From the NCBI GenBank assembly GCA_028826165.1, contig JAPDFW010000075.1:62001-126000 (forward strand): a DNA stretch of 64,000 bases, in the 5' to 3' direction. The notes below the pieces were generated by a model that saw only the letters and a list, made by a program, of their open reading frames with translations, was not told the origin of the DNA and did not search any database. The stretch is from Anaeramoeba ignava BMAN. Taxonomy: Eukaryota; Protista; Anaeramoebae. The stretch's first letter is position 1; every line of letters begins with the position of its first letter. Positions 1 through 15,327 of this stretch are shown here, piece by piece. Position numbers and translations under genes: made by a program.

Positions 1-790
1 AAGTTTATAAATAAATTTATAAATAAATTTATAAATAAAGTTATAAATAAAGTTATAAATAAAGTTATAAATAAATTTATAAATAAAGTTATAAATAAAG
101 TTATAAATAAAGTTATAAATAAAGTTATAAATAAAGTTATTAAATAAATTTATAAATAAAGTTATAAATAAAGTTATAAATAAAGTTATAAATAAAGTTA
201 TAAATAAAGTTATAAATAAAAGTTATAAATAAATTTATAAATAAAGTTATAAATAAAGTTATAAATAAATTTATAAATAAATTTATAAATAAAAGTTATA
301 AATAAATTTATATAAATAAAGTTATAAATAAAGTTATAAATAAAGTTATAAATAAAGTTATAAATAAAGTTATAAATAAAGTTATAAATAAAGTTATAAA
401 TAAAGTTATAAATAAAGTTATAAATAAAGTTATAAAATTATAAATAAATTTATAAATAAAGTTATAAATAAAAATAAATTTATAAATAAAGTTATAAATA
501 AAGTTATAAATAAAGTTATATAAATAAAGTTATAAATAAAGTTATAAATAAAGTTATAAATAAAGTTATAAATAAATTTATAAATAAAGTTATAAATAAA
601 TTTATAAATAAAGTTGTAAATAAATTTGTAAATAAAGTTATAAATAAAGTTATAAATAAAATTTATAAATAAATTTATAAATAAAGTTATAAATAAAGTT
701 ATAAATAAAGTTATAAATAAAATTTATAAATAAAAGTTATAAATAAAGTTATAAATAAAGTTGTAAATAAAGTTATAAATAAAGTGAAAT
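1..790. repeat. 12-bp tandem repeat (AAATAAAGTTAT/AAATAAATTTAT)n filling the HSBP1 copy A intron
   Basis: Directly visible; the same unit occurs at 33660-33870 in the copy B intron. Confidence 0.9.
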
Positions 791-904
791 AAGTTTTTGT
801 AAAAATAAAGAAATAAAAAGAAATAAAATAAAGATTAGTTAATAAAATTATTAAAATAAAATAAAATAAAATTAAAAAGAAAAGGAAATAAATTAATTAA
901 TTAC

Positions 905-1071
905 TTTTTGTAAAAATTTGTTCAGATGTTTGTTCAAATTTAGTTTGAAGACTATCAACCATATTTTTAATAAGTAATCAACATCTTCAAAAGTTTTGAT
1001 TTTGTTGTTGATTTTGTTGTTGTTGATTTTGTTGTTGTTGATTTTGTTGTTGATTTTTGTTTTGGATCCAT
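905..1071 (-). CDS. HSBP1: HSBP1-like protein, exon 1 of copy A (exon 2 is outside the window); contains small indels relative to copy B
   Basis: ATG at 1071; MDPKQ..., ...IKNMVDSLQTKFEQTSEQILQK, then a GT donor at 904. Mirror of 33386-33536. Confidence 0.75.
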
Positions 1072-1219
1072 TTTTAAAAAAGAAAAAAATGAAAAAAAAT
1101 TCGTTAAAAATAAAAAAAATTTCGTTAAAAATAATTAAAATTTAAAATTAAAAATTTCATTTTTTCCTTTTAAATTTATTTTAAATTTATTTTTATTTTA
1201 AAAATTTAATAAAAATAAA
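1072..1219. promoter_or_regulatory. Short (~150 bp) bidirectional promoter region between divergent HSBP1 and PDS5 (mirrored at 33220-33385)
   Basis: Divergent ATGs at 1071(-) and 1220(+). Contains two TTCGTTAAAAA copies and TTTCATTTT motifs on both strands. Confidence 0.55.
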
Positions 1220-4200
1220 ATGAATAAAGAAGAAAATCAAGAAAAGAAAAATGAAGAAGAAATTATTTTTGAAGAATTTATTCAAAAACAAAAGAATTTA
1301 TAAATTTTTCAAAAATAAAACAAAAAGAAAAGAAAAAGAAAATTAAAGTAAAAACCAATTTATAATATTAAATATAAAATTAAATATATTATTAAATATA
1401 ATATTAAATATAATATAAATATAATATTAAATATAATTAAATAAAAATAAAATATAAAAATAAAAATTAATACAAAAATTAAAAATAAAATTAAAAAAAA
1501 TTAAATATAAATTAAAAATATTAAATATAAAATTAATTATAAAAAATTAATTTTAAATATAATTTAAAATAAATAAAAATATAATAATAAATTAAATATA
1601 AATTTAAAATAAAATAAAAATAATATTTATATAAAAATTAAATAAATAAAATTTATTATTTATAATATTATAAATATAATATTAAAAATAAATTAAATAT
1701 AAAATTAAATATAAAAATAAAATAAAATAAATATCAAATTAAAAATAAAATAAAATATATTAAATATAAAAATTAAATATAATATTAAAATAAATAAAGT
1801 TAAAAATATTAAATATAAAATTAAATATAATAAATAAAATTAAAAATAAAATTAAATATAAAAAAATTAAAAATATAAAATTAAATATAATATTAAATAT
1901 AAAATTAAATATAAAATTAAATATAAAAAATTAATAAAAATTAAATATAAAATAAAATAAAATTAAATATAAAAATTAAATATAAAATTAAAATATAAAA
2001 GAAAATATAAAATTAAAATATAAAATTAAAATAAAAATTAAAATATAAAATTAAAATATAATATTAAATATAATATTAAATATATTAAATATAATTATAA
2101 ATATTAAATTAAAATAAAATTAAATATAATAAACATTTTTAAATATAAAATAAATAATCCAACAAAATAAACACTTTATTAAATATATAAAATTAAATAT
2201 ATTTTAAAATATAAAAATTAAATATAAAATTAAATTATTAAATTTTAAATAACAAATATAATATTGAAATTTAAAAATTAAATATAAAAATTAAATATAA
2301 AAAATTAAATATGTGTAATTAAATATAAAAATTAAATATAAAATTAAAAATAAATTAAAATTTGTTTTAAATATAAAATTAAAATATAAAAATTAAATCC
2401 TTTTAAATATATTATTAAATATAATATTAAAATAAAATATTAATAATAATAAAAATAAAAAAATTAAAATATTAAATATAAAATTAAATATAATATAAAA
2501 TATAATATAAAAATAAATAAAATTTAAATATAATATTAAATATAAAATTAAATGTAAATTAAATATTCAAAAATAAAATATAAAAAAAAAAAAAAATATA
2601 AAATTAAATATAATATTAAATATAATATTAAATATAATATTAAATATAAAATTAAATATAAATTAAATAAAATATTAAATATAAAATAAATATAAAATTA
2701 AATATAAAATTAAATATAATATTAAATATAATATTAAATATAAAATTAAATATAAAATTAAATATAATATTAAATATAAAATTAAATATAAAATTAAATA
2801 TAAAATTAAATATAAAATTAAATATAATATTAAATATAATATTAAATATAAAATTAAATATAAAATTATTTTCTTGATTTTATTTTTAAATAGGAAATTG
2901 AAAAAATAATTGAAAAAATCAATAAAAGTTCAATTAAAACAATTTCATCAATTATTTATTCAATTAAAAAACTTATCAAAACAATTTTAGAAACAGAAAT
3001 TATCAAAAATAAAAATTCAGAAGAAAGAATTTTAATGGAAACAATTATTATTAATTTATTCAAAACACTTTCAATTTTTGAAATTGAAGAAGAAATTATT
3101 GAAAAAGAAAAAATGAAAAAAATAAGTAAATTGATAAATAAAGAACTCAAAAAAATTACAGAAAAAGAAATACCAGATTCAAATCAAATCAAATTTATTG
3201 AAGCACTTAGTTTTGCAAAATATATTTATAAAGAAATTGAAGATGAAACAAAAATAGAATTTTTAGAAATTGTTTTGAAAATGATAAATTTAGAAAATAT
3301 TGAATTACTTTTTAAAATAAATTCACAAATAATTGTGAATTGTATTGAAAGTATTGAATTAATTCCTTCAGAAACATTTAATTTAATTATTTATCAATTT
3401 AAAGATTCAATAAAGGTAAATTCAAAATTTAAATAATCAAAATTTAATTAAAAATTAAAATAATTAAATTTAAAAATATTTGGAAAAAAAAAGAAAAAAG
3501 ATAAATTATATGAATTTTATAGACAAATTATAAGTAGTTCAGGAAAATCATTTGAACAACCAATTATACAATTTCTCAAAAATGAAATTACAAAATTAGT
3601 TACAATAGAAAAAGAAAAAGAAAAACAAAAAAAAGAAAACAAAAAGAAAAACAAAAAGAAAAAGTGGAAAAAAAGAAATTGAAATGATATATGAATTAAT
3701 AACATTAAAACAAACAAGTGGATTACAAATACTTCCACTTCTTGTTCATACACTTTCAACTGATGATGATAATAAAAGAAAACAATTTACAAAACTTCTT
3801 TCACGTTTATTTACTTTCAGAAATTGTATTTTTGCAAATTCTTATTCAAAATTATTTCATGAATTTTTAGGAAGATTTGTTGATAAAAATCCAGAAATTA
3901 GAAGAGAAATGATTGATTTTAGCAAAAATTATATTTTAAATTCAAATTTAAATATAATTTCAAATCAAAATTTAAATGAAAATGAAAATGAAAATGTAAA
4001 ATTTAAATTTAAATTCAGAAAATATTGAAAATTATCTTTCAGAAAGACTTAATGATCCAGATGAAAAAACAAGAATGAAAGCTATAAATAATATTTGTGA
4101 TATTGCAAATCAAAATATTTCTAAAATTTCATTAAAATTAATTGATGAATGTTCAGATAGAATATTTGATCGAAATTATCAAATTCGAGAACAATCAATT

Positions 4201-7149
4201 TTAAAATTAAGTGAAATATTCAAGAAAAATATAATTTATTCTCTTAATGAAAATGAAAATCAAAATGAAAAAAATGAAAATCAAAATCAAATTGAAAATG
4301 AAAATCAAATTGAAAATAAAAATCAAAATTATTCAAATTTATCATTTATTATACCTAAAATTATCAATCTTTTTATACAAAAAGAATCTAAAACCAAATA
4401 TTTAACACATAAAGCAATTTGTTCAGTATTAATTCCTGAAGAATTAACAAAAAAACAACATTGTAATTTTGTATTGAATATTCATATGTTTCTAAATTAT
4501 CAAAAATTTACAAAAGAATTTAACAAAAATACAAAAGAATTATTTTGGAAAATGATTAAAACACAATTTACATTAATGCAACTTATTCAAGAATTTTCAC
4601 AAAAATCAAATAAAACAATTTCACAACAATTAATTTCAATCCTTGAAACTAATTTACCTGAATCATCAAATATTCAAGAAGCTCTTTATTCAATTTTAAA
4701 AAGTAAAAACAAAAATAAATTCAAAAAACAACTTGAAATTATTTCATCACCTTTTTCATCAATAAATACTATTCATGAATCAATTAAAAAATTAAATCAA
4801 ATTAATGAAAATGAAAATGAAAATGAAAATGAAAATGAAAATGAAAATGAAACAAAAATCAATGAAAATATTAGACAACTTTTAAATTATTTATCAACAA
4901 GATTAATTTTATTTTCAGATATTAAAAATATTACCAAAAAATTACTTAATTCAAATCAAAAACAAAAACAAAAACAAAATTGTTTAACATTTTTGAAAAA
5001 AATAACAGAAATATTTCCAGCATTTTTTGAAGATTCAATAAATGAATTAACAAAAATTATCATTAAAGAAATTGAAAATAAATTAAATCAAGAAGAAGAA
5101 GAAAAAGATTATTTGAAACAAATACTTAAAATTATTGAAAGAATTGGAAATATATTTAAACAAAATCAAAATGAAAAAATGAATTTATTGAAAAAACAAC
5201 TTGAAAAATTAATAAAATCCAAATATAAAAACAAAAACAAAATTACAATAAGAAAACAAAAAGAAATGAATAAATATTCCAAATTAAGTGCTAAATGTAT
5301 TCATAAAATATTTCCAGATTATGAAGAAATTTTTTTGAAAATTATTGAAAATGAAATTAAACCAAAATTAAAGAAAATTGATTTAAAGAAAATTGATAAT
5401 AATTTAATAAGTTTATTAAAAGCATTTTCATATATTTCAAGTATTGGAATTGAAAAAATAAACAAAGAAGAAGAAGGAGAAGAAATTTATGAAATAATTG
5501 AACAAAGATTAATAAATTGGAAAAATGAAAATGAAAATGAAAATGAAGATGAAAATGAAAATGAAAACGAAAACCAAAAATTAATAACAGAAATTAAAAT
5601 GATTGGAATTGAAATATTTGTTTCAAAAATAATTGGATTAGAAAAATTAAATCAAAAAAACCCAACAAAAGAAACAACAATTAAAATTGAAAATCAAATC
5701 AAAAATATATTTAAAACCAAATTATTTAATATTATTGAGAAAATAAACCAAGAAGAAGAAAATAAAGAAAATAATAATAATAATAACAATCAAGAAAAAA
5801 TGGAAATTGAAATTGAAATTGAAAATGAAATTGAAAATGAAATTTTTGAAAAAAAATCATATAAACAAATTACATTCAGAATAATAAAACAAATTTTAAA
5901 TGTTTGCAAATTAAGAAATACTGAACGTATTTTAACACCAAAACAATTTCAAGAAATAATATGGAGTATTAATAAAATCAAAGAAAAAGAAGAAAAAAAG
6001 AAATTAATCAAATTTATATTTAATAAATTAATGAATTATGAAATTTCAAGTAAATTTATGATAATTTATATTGAAATGATGAATAAAGAAGCTAAAGAAG
6101 AATATTTAGATAAAGAAGAAGAAGAAATCAGAAAAATAATTGAAACCAAATTTCAAATTATAATCAAAACAAGAGAAGAATATATGGAATATTTAAACAA
6201 AACAATGAAAAAGAAAGATAAAAAAGAAAATAATAAATATATGATGATCAAATATTCAGTTATTCCAGAATTTGTATTAGCACATTTAATACACACAATT
6301 TCACATCATAGAAAATTTGAAGAAGATTCAAAAAACAAATATGAAATGATTAGTGAATATTTAAAAATATTTTTTGAATTTGTGAAGAATAATTATCAAT
6401 TAATGAAAAATATAATTTCAACAATAATGATGATGAAAGATTCACAAGAAAAAGAAAATCATAATATTCATATTGTTAGTGAAATTTGTTCAATTATTCT
6501 TGAAAAGAAAACCAAACAAAATCAACGAGATTTAAATTCTGAAAGTGAAATTATTGCATTACCTAAAAATTTATTTGAAAGATCAGAAGAAATTATTCAA
6601 AGATATTTACCAAATAATTTTATTTTGAAAGAAACAACAAGTAAAAAATTTACACCAAAAAATTCAGCAATTAAATCATATTTAAAAACACCATGGGAAA
6701 CACCATTAGAAACACCAGCAAAATTATCTCCTTTTAAATCTCCTTTTAAATCATTATCTAAATCCAAATCAAAATCAAAATCAAAATCTAAATCAAAATC
6801 TAAATCCAAACCTAAAACAAAATCCAAACCTAAATCTAAATCAAAATCAAAATCAAAACCTAATTTAAAAAAAAGAAAAAAATCATCAAAAAGAAAAAAA
6901 ATTAAAAAAAATAAAACAAAAAAACAAAAAGAAACATCAAGTGAAAAATCAAGTGAAACATCAAATGAATATTCAAGTGAAAAATCAAGTGAAAATTCAA
7001 GTGAATATTCAAGTGAAATATCAAGTGAAAAACCAAAAAAGAAATCAAAAAATAAAAATCAAATCAAAAAAAATAAATCAAAAAATAAAAAAGATGATGA
7101 ACCAAAAAATGCAATTAGATTAAACAAAAGATCAAAAAAACAAAAATAA
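1220..7149 (+). CDS. PDS5: Sister chromatid cohesion protein PDS5, copy A (3 exons; introns ~1348-2893 and ~3416-3493; several 1-bp frameshifts)
   Basis: HEAT-repeat motifs LPLLVHTLSTDDDNKRKQFTKLL, FHEFLGRFVDKNPEIR, LSERLNDPDEKTR and PEFVLAHLIHTISHH match the PDS5 family; basic S/K-rich tail. Confidence 0.88.
1348..2893 (+). repeat. PDS5 copy A intron 1 filled with a degenerate (AAATATAAAATT/AAATATAATATT)n 12-mer
   Basis: GT at 1348 and TAG at 2891-2893. The equivalent intron in copy B is only 273 bp (32803-33075). Confidence 0.8.
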
Positions 7150-7164
7150 TTCAAATTTCAAATT

Positions 7165-7485
7165 TAATTTAATTTACAATTTAATTTACAATTTAATTTA
7201 TAATTTAATTTACAATTTAATTTACAATTTAATTTACAATTTAATTTACAATTTAATTTACAATTTAATTTATAATTTAATTTATAATTTAATATCAAAA
7301 TATTTTCTTTTTATTTTTTAATTTAATTTATAATTTTAATTTACAATTTAATTTATAATTTAATTCACAATTTAATTCATAATTTAATTTACAATTTAAT
7401 TTACAATTTAATTTACAATTTAATTTATAATTTAATTTACAATTTAATTTACAATTTAATTTACAATTTAATTTACAATTTAATA
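7165..7485. repeat. Intergenic 12-bp tandem repeat (AATTTAATTTAC)n downstream of PDS5 (mirrored at ~28065-28470)
   Basis: Directly visible. Confidence 0.85.
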
Positions 7486-7808
7486 TCAAAATATTTTCTT
7501 TTTATTTTTTAATTTAATTTTTAATCAAAAAAATTTAATAAAAAAAACAAAATCAAAAAAATTAAATTTTCATTTTTTCATTTTTCATTTTTTCATTTTT
7601 TTATTTCTTTTATTATTTTTTATAACAGAAACACAAAACAAAACACAAAACAAAACACAAAACAAAAAACAAAACAAAACACAAAAAATAATTTAACGAT
7701 CTTTTATTATTTTTAAAATAAAAACAAAAATAAAAACAAAAAACAATTTATTAAAAAAATTTGAAATAAATAAAATTAAAAAGATAAAAATAAAATAATA
7801 AAAAAGAA

Positions 7809-9591
<1,783 letters not shown>

Positions 9592-9761
9592 AAATTAAAT
9601 TAAATTAAATAAGTAAAATTATATTTTGTGATTAAAATTTTTTTAATATTTTTAAGTAATTTAATTAAAAAAATTATTAAAGAAAAAGTGGAATTTGAGA
9701 ATTGATTTATTCTTGTAAAATTGAAAAAAAAAAAGAAAATTAAAATTGAAATTGTTATTAA

Positions 9762-12700
9762 TTATTTGTCCATTTCTTCTTTAAGAATTAAATTAAAATC
9801 AAATGGAACAAATTTAATTCCTTCTCCTCCATAAAATTTATTTTGAAATTCAACCCAATGAAGTCTCAAAGAATGTAAAAGAGCAGAAAAAGTTTCCATA
9901 ATCATTAAAACAGCAATTGTAATAAAAACCCAAATAGCAAATCCAACAAATACGATATAGGAATAAGTTGTTAAAGGAAGAAGAACTAATTTTTGCCAAA
10001 AAACTCTACTTAATTCTTTTAAGGGAAGAAATTTGATTTTGATTTTAATTTTAATTTTGATTTTGATTTTGATTTTGATTTTGATTTTAATTTTAATTTT
10101 GATTTTAAATTTAATTTTGATTTTGATTTTGATTTTAATTTTGATTTTGATTTTGATTTTGATTTTGATTTTGATTTTGATTTTGATTTTAATTTTGATT
10201 TATTGAATTGAATTGAATTTAAAATTACGAGCATGTGCAAGAGAAAGAGCCCACAAACGTAGATAAGAAGCAGTATTCGAAATTGAACCAAGAACAAATT
10301 CAATTGTTTCAATAATTTGTTCAACAACAGCTTCACCCATTTGGAATTTTTCTTCTTTTTCACTTTTTTCTTCAATTTCACCTTTTTCTTTCACATCATT
10401 TTCGATTAATTTCTTTTCATTTTCATCAAGAAGAGTTTCATCTTTGTTAATAATTTGATCAGGATCAGAAACTAATTCAAGTTCAGAAGAATGAATCAAA
10501 TCACCTTTATCACCTTTATCACTTTTATCACTTTTATCAACAAATTTTTCTTCATCAATCGGTTCCCAATTTTCTTGAGTATTAAGATTTTCTTCTAATT
10601 TCAATTTCCTTTCTTTTTTTTTAGCATTTGCTTTTAAAACGAAAGGTTTTGGAAGAAGCATCCAAGGAATCGAGAAAACAAGTACCAAAATTAAAATCAA
10701 TTGAACAAGTCCTTGATTTGGATAAATCTCAACATCTTTTGCAACAGAACCAGGAGATATCACAAATTTAATCAATGTGTTAATTAACAGAATTCCATGT
10801 TTTTGAGATTGAATTGTTCTTTCATTCCATCGAATAGACCATTTCAAGAACAATAAAAACACCATATAACCAAAAAAAGACATGAAAAAGAGGAATCGGG
10901 GAATAAATCCACACCAAACATCAACATATCTTTTAAAATGAATTGCGTTTGATAGATTCAAAAATATCCCAAGTGTCATCTTTTTTTTGATTTTTTTATT
11001 TTGAATTTTTTTTTTGAAATGAATTTATTTATGAATTTTTGTTTGGTTTAATCGTTTGATTTTTTGTTTCTTACATGACTAACTCCAAAAACAACCGATA
11101 ATTTCATTTTAAGTGAATTCATGTATAAAAGTTCATTTTTTTTGTTTTGCCAAGCTAAAAAATTTTGGAATGAATTAAAATGAATTGATTTGAAAATATT
11201 TTGATTTTTTTTATCACTTACTTGGATCAACTCCAAATGGATAAACACAATTTGGACTCACAAGTTCATAATCAGTACTATTTGATTGTGGTTTCCAACA
11301 AGTTCCAAAAAAATCAATAGGAAGAGCAAAAGTTTCATTATAAAGTAAACCAGTATATAAACTAAACAATCCCATTAACAGAATAATATATCTTCCATCA
11401 TAAACAACAGCAACCAACTATAAAACACAATTTTGATTTTGATTTTGATTTTGATTTTGATTTTGATTTTGATTTTGATTTTGATTTTGATTTTTGATTT
11501 TGATTTTGATTTTAATTTTGATTTTGATTTTAATTTTGATTTTGATTTTGATTTTAATTTTGATTTTGATTTTGATTTTGATTTTGATTTTGATTTTCAT
11601 TTTGATTTTGATTTTGATTTTGATTTTGATTTTGATTTTGATTTTGATTTTGATATTGATTTTAATTTTAATTTTGATTTTGATTTTAATTTTGATTTTG
11701 ATTTTAATTTTGATTTTAATTTTAATTTTAATTTTTGATTTTAATTTTGATTTTGATTTTGATTTTGATTTTGATTTTAATTTTTAATTTTGATTTTGAT
11801 TTTGATTTTGATTTTGATTTTGATTTTGATTTTGATTTTGATTTTGATTTTGATTTTGATTTTGATTTTGATTTTGATTTTGATTTTGATTTTGATTTTG
11901 ATTTTGATTTTGAATTTTTGATTTTGATTTTTATTTTTATTTTGATTTAAATTTTGATTTTAATTTTAATTTTGATTTTGATTTTGATTTTGATTTTGAT
12001 TTTAATTTTAATTTTGATTTTGATTTTTGATTTTGATTTTGATTTTGATTTTGATTTTGATTTTAATTTTGATTTTAATTTTGATTTTGATTTTGATTTT
12101 GTTTACATCATTAAGTTTTTGTTTTGCAAATTTCTTTTGTTTTGCAATCATATAAAGAGCTGTTAATAATAATAAAAATCCATGACCTGTATCTCCAAAC
12201 ATAACTGCAAACAAAAAGGAAATGTGATAATTGTAAAAGGAGTTGGATTTACTTCTCCATATAGTGCTGTTCCATAAGATTCAACTAATTGATGAAATCC
12301 TCTAGTAAATGTATTAGTTTCAAAATAAGTAGGTTTTTGACGATTTTCTGAATCTATCACATCAAGAATAGTAGGAACTAATGCTCCAGAGTTTTCCTAT
12401 TGATATTGATATTGATATTTATATTGATATTTGATTTTGATATTGATATTGATATTGATATTGATATTTATATTTATATTGATATTGATATTGATATTGA
12501 TATTTGATATTGATATTTGATTTTGATATTGATATTTATATTGATATTTGATTTTGAATTTGATATTTGTATTTATATTGATATTGATATTGATATTGAT
12601 ATTGATATTTATATTGATATTGATATTGATATTTTGATATTGATATTTGATATTTATATTGATATTGATATTTATATTGATATTGATATTGATATTGATT

Positions 12701-14963
12701 TTGATATTGATATTGATATTGATATTGATATTTATATTGATATTGATATTTATATTGATATTGATATTGATATTGATATTTATATTTATATTGATATTGA
12801 TATTTATATTGATATTTGATTTTGATATTGATATTGATTTATATTGATATTGATATTTATATTGATATTGATATTGATATTGATATTGATATTGATATTG
12901 ATATTGATATTGATATTTATATTGATATTTGATATTGATATTGATATTGATATTGATATTGATATTGATATTGATATTTATATTGATATTGATATTTATA
13001 TTGATATTTATATTTATATTGATATTTGATTTTGATATTTGATATTGATATTGATATTGATATTTATATTTATATTGATATTGATATTGATATTGATATT
13101 TATATTGATATTGATATTGATATTGATATTGATATTGATATTGATATTGATATTGATATTGATATTGATATTGATATTGATATTGATATTGATATTGATA
13201 TTTATATTTATTTTGATACACTAGCCTCTTTCAAAATTCTTTGAACATCAAATATATGATCATATGGACACCATGCTTCTGCTATTAAACATTGTCTAGT
13301 TGTATCAAAGTTTAACATATTAATGATATGATTAATTGATTTCTCTTTTTTTGTTTTGGCTTTCCAATGAGCCAAATGTGAGTTAATTGTTTCCAGATTT
13401 TTCAAATAATAAGTGTTTGTTTTAGTTAATAAAAATCTCATTTCACTTTTAAAGTCAAGAATTAATTTAAAAGAAATCAAATTAGAATTAAATTTAAAAT
13501 TCAAAATTCAAAATTCAAAATTAATTACTCAAGTTTTCCTTTTGTTTCTTCTATCATTTCATTTCTTTCTTTTAAAGAATTGGAAATTTCAAATAGTTTT
13601 GCTCCCATTGTTTGACAAAATTTCTCCACTTTTTCCCCAAGAAGATCTCCACTGTAAAAAATAATAAAAGCTTTTTTTTCAACTTTTTTTTTCTATTTAG
13701 TTTGTTTTTTCAATTTAAATTATTATTTTTGGTTTTTGGGAAATTTTTGAGAATTAAGGAAAAAAAAATTATTTAAAATTTTAAAGTTAAAATTAAAATC
13801 AAACAGTTATCAAATCTGGAATTAATTGTTCAATCTCTGTATGTTTAATAAGACAATTTCCTCTTGTTAATCTCCATAAAATTCTTTCTAAACTATACAT
13901 ATCATCTCTATTTATAACTCCAATAATATGTCTAATTATTTTGATTTTTTGAATTTTTGAATTTTTTTGATTTTTTGAATTTTTTGAATTTTTTGAATTT
14001 TTTACCTTAATTCTCCAAATCCTTTATAAAGTTCATTATCATCTAAAACAAAATCAAGATCTCCAACTTTATTTTTTTCAAGTTCACTTTCTAAAGTCTA
14101 ATTTTTTGTTCATTTTGAAAAAAAAAACAATTTTAAAAAAAGAATAAATTGAAATCAAAATGAAAATTTACATCTTGAGCAAAAAATTCATTTGCTTTTT
14201 CTAAAGATTTATATAATTGAAATAAATCTACATATTGAGCTAAAGTATCTTCTCTACTAACAATGGATTGTTTTAATTCATCAACAAATTGTTCAGTTTG
14301 GATCTAAATTGAAAAAAAAATATCAAATCAATTAATCAAATCAAATCAAATCAAATCAAATTAAATTAATAATAATAATAATTTACATCAACAAAATCAA
14401 TTTCTTTTTCTTCAATTTCTTGAATTTTCTCTTTTGGGAGTTCAACAAGTTTGATTTCATTTTCTTCTTGATGTAATTGTGATTCAAAAAAACCAATTTT
14501 TCTTTCAATATCATTACATTTTTTGATTTCATTAACTTTAGGTCTTTGAAATGAGTTAATGTGGCTATTTAACTATTTGATTTTAAATTTAATTTAAATT
14601 TTAATTTTGATTTTGAATTTGATTTTGATTTTGAATTTGATTTTGATTTGATTTTGATTTTGATTTTGAATTTTGATTTTGATTTTGATTTTGAATTTTG
14701 ATTTTGATTTTAATTTTGATTTTGATTTTGATTTTGATTTTGATTTTGATTTTGATTTTGATTTTGATTTTAATTTTAATTTTGATTTTAATTTTAATTT
14801 TGATTTTGATTTTAATTTTTCATTTTTGGAAATTATGTAGTTTTACATCATTAAATTGAACAAAACCACTTTCTCCAAGCATTTTTATTGAAACATGAGC
14901 TGCTTCTGGTTGAACTAAGATTCTAATTAATTTCATTTCTTTTGATCTTAAAAGAGATCCCAT
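9762..14963 (-). CDS. ATP6V0A: V-type proton ATPase subunit a (Vph1/Stv1/ATP6V0A family), about 12 exons
   Basis: Start [10 protein letters not shown]; [13 protein letters not shown]; [11 protein letters not shown]; [23 protein letters not shown]; YPFGVDP; [16 protein letters not shown] with the essential Arg; [15 protein letters not shown] near the C-terminus. Confidence 0.96.
11418..12105 (-). repeat. V-ATPase a intron composed of (AAAATC)n hexamer on the sense strand (similar tracts at 10030-10200 and 14580-14820)
   Basis: (GATTTT)n on the + strand, between GT/AG-bounded exons. Confidence 0.9.
12398..13218 (-). repeat. V-ATPase a intron composed of (AATATC)n hexamer
   Basis: (GATATT)n on the + strand for about 800 bp. 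Confidence 0.9.
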
Positions 14964-15327
14964 TGTTAAAATTTCCAAAAAAAAATAAAAACAAAAAACA
15001 AAAAACAAAAAACTAAAAATAATTTTTTTTTGATGAAAGGAAAAAAATGATTGAACATTGTTCTCAAAAGGGTTTGAACTTTTCAAAATGGTAATAATGA
15101 TTATTAATTTAAAATTTTATTTTGAATTTTTTATTTTAAATTTTTTTAAATTAAATTTAAATTAGAAAATTGATTTTGATCAACGTGAATCATCTTAAAA
15201 AAAAAATTAAAATTGAAAAGAAAATTAAAAGAAAAAGAAAAAAAAAATTTAAAAAGAAAAATTTTTCCATCTAGCAAATAAAATTAAATGGAAAAAAATT
15301 AAAAAAAAAAATAATTTTTTCTTGTTT

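Noticed and set aside
1-790. Possible telomeric repeat at the window start
   Set aside because: The same 12-mer lies inside the HSBP1 intron of the mirrored copy (33537-33884), so it is intronic.
11418-13244. ILIL/DFDF/YQYQ/ININ ORFs (also at 8031-8402, 27147-27558 and 53960-55218)
   Set aside because: They are translations of intronic micro- and minisatellites lying between clear GT-AG-bounded exons.
15178-15192. TCAACGTGAA upstream of V-ATPase a, resembling a CLEAR/E-box site
   Set aside because: It is not a true CACGTG and occurs once, with no other support.
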